Origin: Actinomycetes bacterium
GTDB lineage: Bacteria; Actinomycetota; CALGFH01
Length of the DNA stretch: 26,027 bases
Assembly: GCA_036259695.1 (NCBI GenBank)
Contig: DATABK010000656.1
Coordinates: forward strand, 1-26,027
Direction: 5' to 3'
Shown here: piece by piece, positions 24,722 through 26,027 of the stretch
Layout of the letters: each line of letters opens with the position of its first letter
Position numbering within the stretch: the first letter of the stretch is position 1
The notes under the pieces: generated by a model
The model's input: the letters and a program-made list of their open reading frames with translations, nothing else
What the model was told of the DNA's origin: nothing
Databases searched by the model: none
Made by a program: the position numbers and the translations under genes

Positions 24722-26027
24722 TGGCAACGGAAGCCCGAGACCTGACGCCCGAGGCGCCGGAGCGGATCAACCCCGTTCCGGAGAACGTCGACCTGGGTGC
24801 CTACAAGTACGGCTGGCACGACCCGGTGCGCTCGGTCTTCACGCCCAAGAGGGGCCTCTCCCACGACGTCGTCGAGGAGATCTCGGCGATGAAGGGCGAG
24901 CCCGAGTGGATGCGCACCTTCCGTCACAAGTCGCTCGACTACTTCCTGCGCCGGCCCATGCCCCAGTGGGGCGGCGACCTGGACCAGATCGACTTCGACA
25001 ACATCTTCTACTTCCTGCGGGCGACCGAGAAGCAGGCCACCTCCTGGGAGGAGCTGCCCGCCGACATCAAGAACACCTACGACCGCCTGGGCATCCCCGA
25101 GGCCGAGAAGCAGCGCCTGATCGCCGGGGTGGCCGCCCAGTACGAGAGCGAGGTCGTCTACCACAAGGTCCGCGAGGACCTGGAGGAGCAGGGCGTCCTG
25201 TTCCTGGACACCGACACCGCCCTCAAGGAGCACGAGGAGCTGTTCCGCGAGCACTGGGCCACGGTGATCCCGCCCAACGACAACAAGTTCGCGGCGCTGA
25301 ACTCGGCCGTGTGGTCGGGCGGGTCGTTCATCTGGATCCCCGAGGGCGTCCACGTCGAGATCCCGCTGCAGGCCTACTTCCGGATCAACTCCCAGAACAT
25401 GGGCCAGTTCGAGCGGACCCTGATCATCGCCGAGCCCGGCTCCAGCGTGCACTACGTGGAGGGCTGCACCGCCCCCATCTACTCCTCGGACTCGCTGCAC
25501 TCGGCGGTGGTCGAGATCATCGTCAAGCCGCACGCCAAGGTCCGCTACACCACCATCCAGAACTGGTCGACCAACGTCTACAACCTGGTCACCAAGCGGG
25601 CCGCGGCCTACGAGGGCGCGACCATGGAGTGGATCGACGGCAACATCGGCTCCAAGCTGACCATGAAGTACCCCGCCGTGCTGCTGCTGGGCGAGCACGC
25701 CCACGGCGAGATCCTGTCGGTCGCCTTCGCCGGCAACAACCAGCACCAGGACGCCGGGGCCAAGCTGACCTTCGCCGCCCCCAACACCACCGGCCAGATC
25801 GTCTCCAAGTCGATCTCGCGGGACGGCGGCCGCACCTCCTACCGCGGCCTGGTCAAGGTCGAGGAGGGCGCGCCCGGGGTCAAGGTCAACGTCCGCTGCG
25901 ACGCCCTGCTGCTGGACGAGGAGTCGCGCTCCGACACCTACCCGTACACCGACGTCAAGGAAGAGGACGTCACCCTCGGCCACGAGGCCACCGTCTCCAA
26001 GATCGGCGACGACCAGCTCTTCTACCT
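24721..26027 (+). CDS. sufB: Fe-S cluster assembly protein SufB; 3' end runs off the window
   Basis: [108 protein letters not shown]. Confidence 0.97.
   Translation, partial: MATEARDLTPEAPERINPVPENVDLGAYKYGWHDPVRSVFTPKRGLSHDVVEEISAMKGEPEWMRTFRHKSLDYFLRRPMPQWGGDLDQIDFDNIFYFLRATEKQATSWEELPADIKNTYDRLGIPEAEKQRLIAGVAAQYESEVVYHKVREDLEEQGVLFLDTDTALKEHEELFREHWATVIPPNDNKFAALNSAVWSGGSFIWIPEGVHVEIPLQAYFRINSQNMGQFERTLIIAEPGSSVHYVEGCTAPIYSSDSLHSAVVEIIVKPHAKVRYTTIQNWSTNVYNLVTKRAAAYEGATMEWIDGNIGSKLTMKYPAVLLLGEHAHGEILSVAFAGNNQHQDAGAKLTFAAPNTTGQIVSKSISRDGGRTSYRGLVKVEEGAPGVKVNVRCDALLLDEESRSDTYPYTDVKEEDVTLGHEATVSKIGDDQLFY

Noticed and set aside
18940-25983. Long minus-strand ORFs (18940-22704, 24373-25983) and similar shadows at 15749-19156, 6999-8093, 8237-10959 and 11467-12753
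   Set aside because: Antisense or alternate-frame shadows of well-supported genes; low-complexity translations with no family motifs.
1-26027. CRISPR arrays, transposases, integrases, defence systems
   Set aside because: No regularly spaced repeats or such genes found. The helicase-nuclease pair fits housekeeping AdnAB rather than a defence module.

Overview
Very GC-rich, gene-dense actinobacterial chromosomal DNA (Actinomycetota inferred from SufR-SufB, AdnAB, an F420-type PPOX enzyme and Pol-PE-Lig LigD). No mobile-element enzyme, CRISPR, tRNA or rRNA is seen. Left to right: an OmpR-family two-component system (kinase truncated by the window edge), divergent ligD/ku (NHEJ), a GAF-GGDEF diguanylate cyclase, a flippase-like membrane protein, an ldh + M20 peptidase pair, a PPOX oxidoreductase, a CutRS-like two-component system followed by a frameshifted HtrA protease, a structured ~390-bp intergenic region, a thermonuclease lipoprotein, adnA-adnB plus a YqeY-like gene, a DapA-family aldolase and the start of the suf operon. 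The most unusual observations: (1) a tandem second copy of the first 35 codons of the response regulator that differs only at synonymous sites; (2) a CTTA-N6-CTT(G/T)A box found once before the CutR-like gene and twice before htrA, beside a kinase with a CxxxxC pair in its external loop, suggesting a self-contained redox/secretion-stress circuit; (3) a 128-bp TA-flanked, multi-hairpin element (ncRNA or MITE candidate); (4) a PafBC-type promoter on adnAB and a possible second Cys4 metal site in AdnB; (5) mirrored ribosome-binding regions on ku and ligD. All motif calls were made by eye and no searches were run.
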